Source: Tubiluchus corallicola
Taxonomy: Eukaryota; Animalia; Priapulida
Length of the DNA: 64,000 bases
Direction of reading: 5' to 3'
Assembly: GCA_030141605.1 (NCBI GenBank)
Contig: JAQGDQ010000130.1
Span: forward strand, 1-64,000
Shown here: in pieces, positions 1 through 11,224 of the stretch
Numbering within the stretch: the stretch's first letter is position 1
Layout of the letters: each line of letters starts with the position of its first letter
Notes under the pieces: generated by a model
The model's input: the letters and a program-made list of their open reading frames with translations, nothing else
Told to the model about the DNA's origin: nothing
Databases searched by the model: none
Translations under genes and position numbers: made by a program

Positions 1-129
1 TCGGTCCTCCTTAACCATTGATCTTTTCACGATCATCATCAATCGCTGGAACTGTGTGTGCGAAAAGGCTTATTAATTATGTAACTAGCCAAACCCCACA
101 AAAAGAATTTTGTGCACAAATCAACACAA

Positions 130-1040
130 AACACACACCACACCACTCCACCTCATCACACCACACCATACCACTCCACCACATCACACCGCACAGCACC
201 ACACCATAACACCACACTGCACCACACCACCCACCCACCTACACACCACACCACCCACACCATACCACTCCACCACACCGCACCACACCATACCACCTAC
301 ACACCACACCACCCACACCATACCACTCCACCACCTCACACCACACTGCACCACACCATACCACTGCACCACCCACACACCACACCACCCACACCATAAT
401 ACTTCACCACATCATACCGCACAGCACCACACCATAACACCTCACCGCACAGCACCACACCATAACACCACACTCCACCACACCACCCACCCACCTACAC
501 ACCACACTGCACCACACCATACTGCTGCAGCACACCGCACCACCCACACACCACACCACACCACCCACACCATACGACTCCACCACATCACACCACACTG
601 CACCACACCATACCACTGCACCGCACCACCCACACACCACAACACACCACCCACACCATAATACTCCACCACATCACACTGCACAGCACCACACCATAAC
701 ACCACACTGCACCACACCACCCACCCACCTACACACCACACCACCCACACCATACCACTCCACCACATCACACCCCACCGCACCACAACATACCACTGCA
801 GCACACCGCACGACCCACATACCACACCACACCAACCACACCATACGACTCCACCACATCACACCACACTGCACCACACCATACCACTGCACCACACCAC
901 ACCGCACCACCCACACACCACACCACACCACCCACACCACACTACCCACACCACACCCCACACACCCTATCACCCCACCACACCACCCATAGCACAACAC
1001 ACAAAGCACACCACCACCACACCACATCAAATCCACCACC
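130..1040. repeat. Degenerate (CACCA)n pentamer satellite with higher-order duplicated blocks
   Basis: Variants CACCA/CACTG/CACTC/TACCA/CATCA throughout; a ~100 bp block at 174-274 recurs at 664-765. It accounts for the H/T/P- and W/C/G/V-rich ORFs. Confidence 0.95.
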
Positions 1041-1449
1041 TCACGTGGTGATCATGATGTTGATGATGATGATGATGATGGTGGCAACGATGACAACACC
1101 TATAGCACTAGCACCAACAGCACAGCATTACAACAAAACCATTCCAAACATTTTTCACAAAGTTGAAACTATGTGCTATAATATAATAAATAGCAAAGGC
1201 CAGGCAAAAGATTTTGCGTATAAATACACGTGTAATCAATAATACGCGAACATCCTACCTAGTCCACATTTATAACACAAAGCCCGTAACATCGTGCCTA
1301 CTGTTTGTTTAACTAACGCAAAGCCTGTAGCTTTTTGCTCAATTAAAGTTATAAGATTATAGACAGAGTACAATGGATGACGTCACAACAATGCCTTTGC
1401 GTCAGCAGTTTTCTAAGTGAAAATTGCCGAAAATAGAACTCCTAACTAA

Positions 1450-1960
1450 CTCGTTGATACTCCTCTCGGTGGACCTGCCCTAAAATATATCCCACATCAT
1501 CGTGTAGCCCTGTCCTTCCTCTTTGTAAAGAGCTATATATCTCCTTCCGAGAGTCCCACCAGGCGCCGCTAGAACGTTTTTCCCGCATGCTGTTTGGTCA
1601 AAATTTCGAAAAAATCGCGAGTTGGGTCCGGGAAAACGCCCGTTGCGGGGCGCCCTGGCCCTCTCGGGAATTCTAAATATGCCTACTACACCCACCGCTG
1701 AACGGGCTATCTATCCATACCCAGCACCCCCCTCGGCCCGTTCCCGTTCTCTACATCTTAGCCGTATAACTTTTACAAAAAACGGCCAAAAAAGGGCCAT
1801 TTTTGGGGTTTTTTCGCCTCCCCCTCCTCCCGGTGGGCCCGATTCGAAAAATAAACCATCAATGGCACGACACTAGATCGAGACCTTTCGTTTGATATAT
1901 AGATCGCCGCAAATGGTGCCCTCGTCGAAGCTGTAGCCTCGAATCTTATATATATATATA
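1450..1960. repeat. GC-rich interspersed repeat fragment, probably a non-autonomous DNA transposon or Helitron-like
   Basis: GC-rich island ending in (TA)n; the core at about 1861-1908 matches 46030-46077 in reverse complement. Confidence 0.45.
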
Positions 1961-2296
1961 TTAAGATACCAAGAATATTAATATAATAGTAGATAAGAAG
2001 CGCCAATTTTAAGTAATAAATACATTTTTATGGTTTAATTACAGGTTTTTTTAACCTTGTTTTATTATTATTATTATTGTATATTATTTATGTAAATTAT
2101 GTATACATAATACGTTTGAATTTCCGTGTGATTCTCCGCGGCTGGTCGTTTGCAACATGGCCGCGTTCTTCAGTAACTTTTGTGGCAAGTATTGACACAT
2201 TTAGGTGCAGAGCAATCCTTTCTTTAATTTTGGAAATCATGTTATCATAGTTTTAATGTTAGATTTGTTTGGAGAAGTATCAAAACAGATAATGTA

Positions 2297-2900
2297 ATGG
2301 TAACGTCAGGTGTAAAACAGGGTGACCCTATGTCCTCTGTTTTTTTCTCGCTGTATATTAATAAAATGTTAAAAGAAATAAGTAGATCAGAAAGAGGATA
2401 CAAAATATATGAAAGTATAACAGTGAGTATATTAGCTTTTGCTGATGACAGAATTCGAAGCGGATATGGTAGTGTTATTGAAGATTGCTGATGATATTGG
2501 AAAAGAGTTAGGCATGAAATTTAGTGCGACCAAGTGTGCATCAATTCTCCTTAGTGGAGCTAACACTAATGCAGTCTTTAAGATAGGTGACATACCTATA
2601 CATGCAACAGAAAGAGAAAAACACCTAGGGGTAATTATAAGAGCCATAGAATATGAACATAGCTGGAAAGAAAGAATACCAGATATTAGAGGAACTATAG
2701 CAGTATAGGTGCCGTAAAATTTATATTTTGTATATAAAGAATCATATTTATGAGTGATAATCGGTTATTGAAAAAAGTGGTAATATGGGTCGTGACACAC
2801 AGAATTCGATCAAAATGCCTGCAAAGAATCAGACCTTTGGGGGATAAATTTGGGCTTCCGGTATTTGGCAATATTATGGCATTAGGGGAATTAAATTTAT
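2297..2900 (+). mobile_element. Decayed non-LTR retrotransposon reverse transcriptase fragment
   Basis: SGVKQGDPMS..FSLYIN and LAFADD RT motifs, then frameshifted FSATKC and EKHLGV segments. Confidence 0.85.
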
Positions 2901-3169
2901 GATAAACATTTGGGTGATGGATGAATGGATTTTGTTTTTATATGATTTTTTGTAACATCGCCGGAGTAGGCCTGTTTTCCTGATCAGAAAGCTATATTGT
3001 TAGAGTAGGAAAGGATGAGAGTACACCACAACAGTAAAAAAAATTTTGGTAATTGTATGTAATGTAACATCGAGAAACACTCACACCCCATGCTTGAAGG
3101 AAGTCTTGAATAATATACTTCTAAAAAGTCTTTGAAGACATACTAGAAGTTTTGGGGTGCACATGGTTA

Positions 3170-4200
3170 GTATACCCACTGCAACTCACTAACTGGTGAT
3201 GGTATTAGAGGTTATGAGAAGAGGTGAAACAAGCAAAACACACATGGTGGGTGTGGGCTAAAAACACAGAACTTAGATTTACAGACAGGTTAGGTGGGAT
3301 GGCACCCTCATGGTAGAAACAGCAGAGGGTGCTAGTGCTCGGAAGTGATTTCTCTGATATCCGGTGGCAGTTTGTTCCACAAATGTATTGCTCTGGGGTA
3401 GAAGGAGTATAAATAAATATTGACTCTTGATGATGACTGAACTAATTTGTTGTTATCTTTGAGAGATGGGGTGATGTAAGTTGGTAAATTTATACCTATC
3501 CTGTAATGCACTATATCATGAAAGATGTTTAGTATCGTTTGTCGTCGTCTAATTTCTAGTGTTTCCCACCGGAGTTCGGAGATCATCCTAGATACTTAGC
3601 ATTTGTGGTATATTCATTTCGTACAGATCGTGCTGCATTTCACTGGACTTGCTCGATGCACTTAATGTCAGTGATTGTGTATGGGTTCCAGGCTGCAATG
3701 CCATATTCTAGTTTTGGTTTGACAACCAAGGCTTGATATGCTCTTTCTTTGACTTGTTGATGACATGGATGTAGTGTCCTGTGAATGACATTAAGTGTCC
3801 TGGTTGCACGAGTGACAATTTCCTGGCAGTGCTCACCCCAATGAAGATTTGTGCTGATGGTAATGCCCAGGTATGGGTGTGAAGGAACATGCTCTAGGAT
3901 TTTGTCTCCCATGCTGTAAGGAAAGTAATTTGGGTTTTTCATTTGAGAAATAGGTAGAATTTTGCATTTATCAATGTTAAAGTCCATAAGCAGTTTCTCA
4001 CCATAATTGTAGCTGTGAGAGATCTTTTTGTAGAATATGGTGATCATGATTACTCCATACAGGTCTGTAGAGAATCCAGTCATCAGCAAATAGTCAGATG
4101 TTAGATGATATATTGTCAGAGATGTCATTTATATAGAGGAGGAATAAAGCCGGTCCAAGAACTAAGCCTTTATAGATTTGGAGTGAGTACCATTGACAGA
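3170..4200 (-). mobile_element. 5'-truncated LINE (CR1/L2/Jockey-group-like), RT C-terminal half, frameshifted
   Basis: FNIDKC, HPYLGITISTNLHW, KPKLEYGIAAWNPY, LRWETLEIRR and YSFYPRAIHLWNKLP motifs. Confidence 0.9.
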
Positions 4201-4369
4201 CCTGCGTTCAAAACATTAGAAACAGATCACTCGTTTATGAAGTTTTTAAAAAATTTTATTACTTTTCAGTTCATTTAAAAAAGCAGAACTTAAATTCTAG
4301 CATAAATTATGAAGTCCGAAATTTTGCCCGAAAAATTCTTTAATTTAGTTGTTGATTTTAAAACTAGAA

Positions 4370-4510
4370 GACAAAGTTCAAACTGTTTAAAAAGCGGTCA
4401 CATCTTGACATTCGTAAATATTCATTTTCTGTGAGAGTTGTGAATGAGTGGAATAATCTGCCTGCCATGGTGATTGTCACACCAACCACAGTAAAGTTTA
4501 AATCCCTAAT
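4370..4510 (+). mobile_element. CR1-like LINE ORF2 C-terminal remnant
   Basis: Translates to KLFKKRSHLDIRKYSFSVRVVNEWNNLP, the typical CR1 ORF2 end. Confidence 0.75.
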
Positions 4511-5501
4511 CCCGACAATTATTTTGCGGAAAAATATGGGATTTCTATGAGTGTACTCGCTTAACCCCTAATCATGACAGTATAACAGTATAAGTGCCGA
4601 ATTGCATAGCAGATAGTCCAGCAGACAAGGTTTCAAAGTCCACCACAAAATCTGCTTGGCACTGCTGCATGCTCTCCGTTGTTGTACTGACTGGCATCCA
4701 TTCAAAGTCAACCTCACATACGGCCCGGCCTTGCTATTGTCAGACCACTACTGCAGTTCTTTGGTATTGTAGTGACCAACATTTACTGGACTATCAGCTG
4801 TGTCCAGTGAGACTTGAATTGTTTGTGTATGAGTTTCCAAGATCCCGGAGGACAGATTAGCTGCAATTGAGTTTTTTTATCTGAAGTGAGCAGAGTAAAA
4901 GTGGTGTGATTTCCACTGTTAAAGTATTGTCTTCATTCTTTTTTCTTTAATGACCTGTGGGCTGAAGTATATCTTTTGACTTTCCCTTCAGAATACACTC
5001 TAACTAGAATGTCCGAAAGCTGTTTTTAAGAACTCTCACTTTATTTTTGAAAGTGTCGATATTCCTACTGTTAATTTTCTATTGTATTTCGTTGAAGAAG
5101 CTCATACGTCCTTGAGTAAGTGTTCAAAAAACCATTTTTGTATTTTCTTCACTGTCGGCCGATAACGTCTTTGTCTGAAATTTGTATAATAAAAAGCCTT
5201 TTTTGCATTTTGGGCAAACAAAGTTATTCCTAACACATAAAAATTATTATTATGTGATGCGACAAAAAACACTGGCTAACTTTAACACCGATTTTCTCAA
5301 GGTTAACTTTTTCAGTATGTAATGTGCACCTCACATTCAACGTGGATTATCTCTGCTCAGAAATAACATAGAATGATGAGCTTGGCCTCAAAATGATCCT
5401 CATGAAATGGAGATTCAGGATATGTGAATAACTAGAGAAGTTTTAATTGCTGACTTCTGGACGAATTTGCTATGCAAGCACACATATTGTTATAATGTAT
5501 A

Positions 5502-6491
5502 TTGTATTACGAGGCAAGGTATTTCCTGACACATAGAAGGCAAAGAGTAGTTTTAAATGGTGTAACCACTTCCCGGAGAAATGTAACCAGTGGCATTCTT
5601 CAAGGGACTTTATTGGGACCTTACTGTTTTCTTATTTTTATCAATGATGTTACTGATTGTATATGCCCTGATACACGTATGCCACTGTTTGTTGATGATA
5701 TAAAACCTTACCGTCCAATTAGAAACTCCTCTGATCAAGAGATCTTACAAGCTCACCTGTCTGAAATTGAGCGGTGGTGTGACAACTGTTTAATATCCGT
5801 TAAACACAGTAAATGCAGCGCACTTCGTATTCGTTCTAATTCTGCAATACCTTATTATTTGAGAGATGGTGTTATTGAAGAAGAATCAGTTGTACATGAT
5901 TTAGGTGTATTAATCTCAAACAACCTGAAGTGGAATTCACATATTGAGCATATTATTTCTCAGGCCAATAGACGCATTGGAATGGTAAAACGCTGCATTT
6001 CATCAAGTAGTGCAAAAGTTATTGTACCTCTTTATAAATCTGTAGTTAAGCCAATACTGGAATATACGTGCGTTGTACCACAGTATGTTACTCTTAAAAA
6101 TGCTTTAGAAAGAACTCAATGGAGTTGTAGTAGTCTGGCCTCTGATATTCAGCCTGACTCTGTATCTTCTCTTGAACAATGCCGTGATGCTACATATCTT
6201 ATTAATTGTTATAAAGTCATTAGTGGCAGTTCTATTTTGCATAGGGATAAATTTTTTTCTAGACCACTACGTGATTTGCGTGAACACAATTCTAAATTAT
6301 TTGTGCAGTACTCTCGCACTAATATCAGAGCTCATTTCTTCTCTTCTCATGTTGTGGGCCCTTGGAATTCAATTAATAGTGAAACAGTTGACGCATTAAA
6401 TCTGCCACAATTTCACGAATTGTTGAGGAGAGACCGTCAATAACCATGTTGTGAGTAGGTCTCTTAGACTTCGCAAGCAAGCAAGCAAGCA
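5502..6491 (+). mobile_element. 5'-truncated CR1-like LINE with degenerate RT and (CAAG)n tail
   Basis: RRQRVVLNG, SGILQGTLLGP..FLIFIND, LFVDD, DLGVLISNNLKW, VKPILEY, FFSSHVVGPWNS; tandem GCAA tail at about 6473-6491. Confidence 0.9.
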
Positions 6492-6924
6492 TTTCTGAAA
6501 TTTCACATTGATTAATTCATTAATGACATCCAAACTTTTACTAAAGTGACATAAAGTGACAGTAGGATTTATAATCGTTTGTATAGCTAGTGGCTGAGGC
6601 ATCCTGTAATAACAGGGTGATTTTATTTTTGAAAGGCAGAAATTATCGATCTATTTTTTCTTTTTAGTTGCCATTTTTCACTCTGTCATATTGACTAATT
6701 AAACATATAGGAGCTGATCAAGTGTAGCTTAAGCTTTTGTGGGAGACTGCAGCAAAAATATTTTTGCTGTTTTTAGTAAGCTGCCTTTTTATGCTTAGAA
6801 GATACCATAAAACATCTTTATTTGCTATTTTTAGGTTAACGTTAACTGTCTTGGAATTTAAAATGATGGCACACAACTTACATGAAATGACTATCTACCG
6901 CATGTATTATAAGTTGTTGACAAC

Positions 6925-8934
6925 ATGGTGATGGTGGATGAAACAAAGATGACTGCAATTCTAATGAGGCACTTGTGGCGACGACTGAAATTTTATCACT
7001 TGCGCTATGCCTTAGTTTTGGTTGCTGTTGCTTGTATCTCTTGTACCTACATCAACTGGCAGTCCAAGCCAAACACGTACATCACATTCTACAATGGCGC
7101 TCCGCCTGAACAAGCATGTGTCCATCCTGACCTTTTTGCAAACTCAGAAGCAGTAGCCAGCCGATTCAAAAAGTTGCAACCACTTCAGTGTCGAGAAAAT
7201 ATGTGGTTGTATGTTCAGAATGGCAAGCTTTTGATCAATACCACCGCAGTGACTAATGACAATATTGATCCAAGTTCACTTCAGTGCACATACCAGGAGA
7301 TGCACTGGGTTAATGACTTCACAACTAGTTTATCCCAACACATGCCATTGTCTTTGACTAATGGACATCAAATCCCCACCGAGTTCTTTCTAACTGAATG
7401 CATTGGCTACAAACAAGGCCGTGTAAAGTTTTTCTCAAAGAGACGACAAAAAGATTACCATGCTCATATTGTGGTGGATCAGACTGAGCTTGAAAAAATG
7501 AACAAGCAGCCTGTTACGGATTTATCACTCAATCTTGATGTTATTCTTTTTGCATTTGATTCAGTGTCTAGCATGGCTTGGAGACATCTGATGCCATTGT
7601 CATACAATTACATGGTTGCTGAATTGGGAACTATTGTACTCGAGGGCTACAACATCGTTGGAGATGGTACACCAGCTGCCACGACACCAATACTGACTGG
7701 CAAAAACGAATGGGAATTACCGGACTGTCTGAAACGACATAAAAATTCCTCAACCGTAGATATTTATCCTATGATCTGGCAAGATTTCAAAAAGCATGGC
7801 TTTATGACCCAGTGGATAGAGGATCAACCTCATATTGCTACGTATACATACAGAATGCGGGGTTTCAAGGTTAAACCAGTTGACCATTACATGCGCACTT
7901 GGTACCTGCGTGCCTACCCGCATTACAAGAATCGCGAACCGACGCTTTGCATAGGTGACAAGCCACGCCATGTGATTGCAATAAATTACTTGCTTGAATT
8001 TTTGACAAAATATAAAGACAAGCGAAAGTTTTCCTTCTTTTTCTTCAACGAGGTCAGTCACGATGACATAAATACATTGCAGTATGCCGATAAAGATTTT
8101 TTAAAGTTTTTGAAGGAAATCAAAGAAACTGGTATTTTGGACAGGTCACTGCTGATCGCGTTTAGTGATCATGGAGCTCGTTTCCATCACTTGCGTGATA
8201 CATCACTAGGCCTACTTGAAGAAAGAATGCCCTTCATGTCTGTTACGCTTCCGCCGCGGTTTAAACATGATTATCCTCAAGAATGGGCTAACCTTAAAAA
8301 TAATATTCACAGGTTAACTACACCATATGACATCCATCCATTCCTTCAAGAGTTTATTGAATTCCGTGGTGCCAAAAGGAAATTTACCGTCTCTAGCCGT
8401 GGTATTAGTTTGTTTGCAGAGGTACCACTGGAAAGAACCTGTAGAGATGCTGGAGTGGACAACCACTGGTGCACATGTGTCACATGGGAGACACTCCAGC
8501 CGTCAGATAAGAACTACATGTTAGTAGCAAATGCTGTTGTAGATGCGATTAATGAAATAGTTGCTGATCGCAGTGACGTATGTGTAAAAATTTCTCTCGT
8601 CAGTGTTGAACGTGTCTCTAAAATGAAGGCCAAGAAAGAGGTTTTGACTTTTGATGGAACGATCGACGACGATGGCCAGGTTGCTTCATTTAAAGGCAAA
8701 GAAGTTGCATTTGCTTCTCTGGATTATCAGGTTGTGGTGCTAACCGATCCAGGAGAGTCTTTATTCGAGGCAACCGTAAAATTAAGCACTGAAGGTGTGC
8801 CTTTTGTCGAAGAGAGCAGCATTAGTAGAATAAATGCTTATGGAAGGGCCTCTCATTGTATTTATAATGAGAGAGATGATCTTAGAAAATATTGCTATTG
8901 CAAAGACCTCCTCAGAAATACTAATCACTTATAA
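6925..8934 (+). CDS. DUF229-family protein (alkaline phosphatase/sulfatase superfamily), predicted type II membrane protein, 669 aa
   Basis: Uninterrupted 2 kb ORF; basic N-terminus followed by a hydrophobic anchor (YALVLVAVACISCTYI); motifs FDSVS, GYNIVGDGT, SHDD, SDHG, EERMP, RLTTPYDIH, RTC..AG...HWCTC and C-terminal YCYC. A splice acceptor-like TTTTTAG at about 6829-6835 suggests upstream non-coding exon(s). The start Met is uncertain (several nearby ATGs). Confidence 0.92.
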   Translation: MVMVDETKMTAILMRHLWRRLKFYHLRYALVLVAVACISCTYINWQSKPNTYITFYNGAPPEQACVHPDLFANSEAVASRFKKLQPLQCRENMWLYVQNGKLLINTTAVTNDNIDPSSLQCTYQEMHWVNDFTTSLSQHMPLSLTNGHQIPTEFFLTECIGYKQGRVKFFSKRRQKDYHAHIVVDQTELEKMNKQPVTDLSLNLDVILFAFDSVSSMAWRHLMPLSYNYMVAELGTIVLEGYNIVGDGTPAATTPILTGKNEWELPDCLKRHKNSSTVDIYPMIWQDFKKHGFMTQWIEDQPHIATYTYRMRGFKVKPVDHYMRTWYLRAYPHYKNREPTLCIGDKPRHVIAINYLLEFLTKYKDKRKFSFFFFNEVSHDDINTLQYADKDFLKFLKEIKETGILDRSLLIAFSDHGARFHHLRDTSLGLLEERMPFMSVTLPPRFKHDYPQEWANLKNNIHRLTTPYDIHPFLQEFIEFRGAKRKFTVSSRGISLFAEVPLERTCRDAGVDNHWCTCVTWETLQPSDKNYMLVANAVVDAINEIVADRSDVCVKISLVSVERVSKMKAKKEVLTFDGTIDDDGQVASFKGKEVAFASLDYQVVVLTDPGESLFEATVKLSTEGVPFVEESSISRINAYGRASHCIYNERDDLRKYCYCKDLLRNTNHL

Positions 8935-9556
8935 ATGTATTATAAATTTATGAGGCGATTTGACCTTGCTCTGGTGCTTAGGGTCTATATGTCAGTCTGA
9001 AACCCTTTCTTTGCATATTCAAACAGTGTGAACACAGTCAAGCACATTCAAAAATGTTCAAATTGCATGCTTTTGCACATTTGCTTAGTGCTCATTCATT
9101 GTATTTATTATTAGGACGCACTGTAGGGAATATGCTAATTTATTACTTAATGTGTTGTTGCAGATGATGTTTCCCGTAGTTATTGATTGTGATATTATAC
9201 AGTTTCAGACAACTTAGTCTGCACATACTATGGTTGTAGAAACATAATTATTAACATTCAATGCAATAATCAGTATTCCCAGGAGGTTTTTCTTATATTC
9301 CTCGTGTTGATATTAGTTGGCACATTTAGTTAATGTGATAGAGTTTCCCGGTGAGTTGTTCTAAATTTTAACTATTTAAGCAGCTAGGTATATCCAAAAA
9401 TTGGTTTTTGTAATAGTGTAAAAGTTACGAAAATTAATGGTCTGTCCATATTTCTTGGTATTGTTTTATATATTATTAGTATTATTATGAGTTTATTTCA
9501 CATGAAAATATACAGCTTACAAAGACAAAGATGTTAGTAAAACAGGTAATGCGAGG

Positions 9557-9595
<39 letters not shown>

Positions 9596-9597
9596 TA

Positions 9598-9665
9598 GGA
9601 AAGGCCTCTCATTGTATTTATAATGAGAAAGATGATCTTAGAAAATATTGCTATTGCAAAGACCT
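9598..9665 (+). repeat. 68 bp direct copy of the DUF229 CDS 3' end (8842-8909) inside a (TA)n tract
   Basis: 66 of 68 bases identical by eye; flanked by TA repeats on both sides. Confidence 0.95.
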
Positions 9666-10331
9666 ATCATGTATATATATATATTTTCCTTTGTATGTCT
9701 TTCTGTCAAAGGATGATAGCTTTCACATAATTTAATATGTTATGAAAAGTAACATAGAGTCCTACTGTTTTTTAAAGTTTAGCTTTAGTACTACATATCA
9801 TGTACCTGTATTTTTAGATGTTTATTTTTGTATAGAATATACGTATAGTATATCGTATAACAGTTTTATAGTCACAGGACTTTCTGGTTGTGCCTGAGTC
9901 CAATAAGAATGTTGAGACGGAAAGATCCAGCCATAGGAAGTTTGCCGATTAAGTCAATAAGTACTGTGTTATTGTTTTTTAAATGGTTTTCGGCATTTCG
10001 AACGATAAATGTGTTTTGGTAGATGTATGTAAGCAAAGTTTGAGAGCAACTGTATCACCTGGCGGGAAAAATACCTCATGTGTACATATTTAGTATTTGT
10101 GTAGTGATGATATTCAATTTAAAATTATAGTGATGTTGTGATTTAGGTTGTTATGTAGTACTTTTTTACAGTTAAGTTAGATCAGGTAAATTGTATTTCT
10201 TAAACCAAAAAAATCAGGATGTAGTGCAAGTTTCCTAAGATGTGTTAAGTGATTTTGTAAACTTAGTTGTGATCAGCTATGAACAAAATTTAATGTAATC
10301 AAAATTGTGAGACCATAGCAGCCAAGTCTTT

Positions 10332-10412
10332 TATTATAATGATAATCCTGTTTTAATCTATTATAATGATAATCCTGTTTTAATCTATTATAATGATAAT
10401 CCTGTTTTAATC
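10332..10412. repeat. Perfect tandem repeat, 27 bp x3
   Basis: TATTATAATGATAATCCTGTTTTAATC three times. Confidence 0.95.
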
Positions 10413-10600
10413 GTTGTACTGCAGCCAAGCTCTATTTGGCTCTTTTAAAGTTAATATAAGTTTCTTACGATTTTGAATATTATTAAACTACCTGTGATTA
10501 TGGAATGTTATTCAGTTTAATCAGCCTTATATGCACAAAGTTATTTACATTTATTGTGATTTTCTCACCAACGATTTTTAACCACGCCATTTTTATTTGT

Positions 10601-11224
10601 CAGGGTTTCATGGGGCTTTGCGTTTTTTGCAGCTATCCGAAAATTTCCAAGTTCAACAGTCACCAAATATGCTCCAAAAGTTGCCCAAATAGTCGCAAGA
10701 CATTTGCAGTTGTCTGCCGTTGTCGACGAAATGTTGCTGGCTTTGGCAAACATTTTGAGGTGTTTGAAGTTTGTCATTGGAGTCACAAAACACACGAAAG
10801 CTTTTCCAAACTGTCGTAAGGATGTCTGAACATGTGCAGACCTGCGCAAAAATATGTCGCCAGTTATTTGTGATATTTGGCAACAATTTCAAAATCCTTG
10901 AAAATTGGAGAACATTTGAGACGTTTTTGAGAATGCTGTGTCCTCAGTTGTCTCACATTTTTTTCCGAGAAAATTCTGTGAAATGGTCGCAATATGTCTG
11001 TAACAGTAGCTTTATCGCACAAATCATCAAATATGTACAAACATGTTACGCGTAATTTTCGCCAAAGCGGGCAAAAAACTAAAAGTGGCGAAATTATTAA
11101 GGGTTTCTTTGCACTAATGAATTGCGATATGGGGACGACATTTTTACAATCGGGAGAATTCTCTGGAGACTGTTGGACTTAAAAAAATTTTTCTAAAAGA
11201 AAGTTGTGGCCCCATCAGACCCTG
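10601..11224. mobile_element. hAT-like MITE
   Basis: Terminal inverted repeats CAGGGTTTCATGGGGC / GCCCCATCAGACCCTG (14 of 16 match); no 8 bp TSD visible. Confidence 0.65.

Noticed and set aside
18-1242. His/Thr/Pro- and Trp/Cys/Val-rich ORFs
   Set aside because: Translations of the CACCA satellite, open in several frames on both strands.
5502-6443. 313 aa RT ORF as a domesticated gene, retron or functional partner of DUF229
   Set aside because: Starts at TTG, lacks N-terminal RT motifs, has degenerate catalytic motifs and deletions, and ends in a LINE tail.
10505-11182. Several 60-100 aa ORFs
   Set aside because: They lie mostly within a MITE-like element and show no transposase or other motifs.
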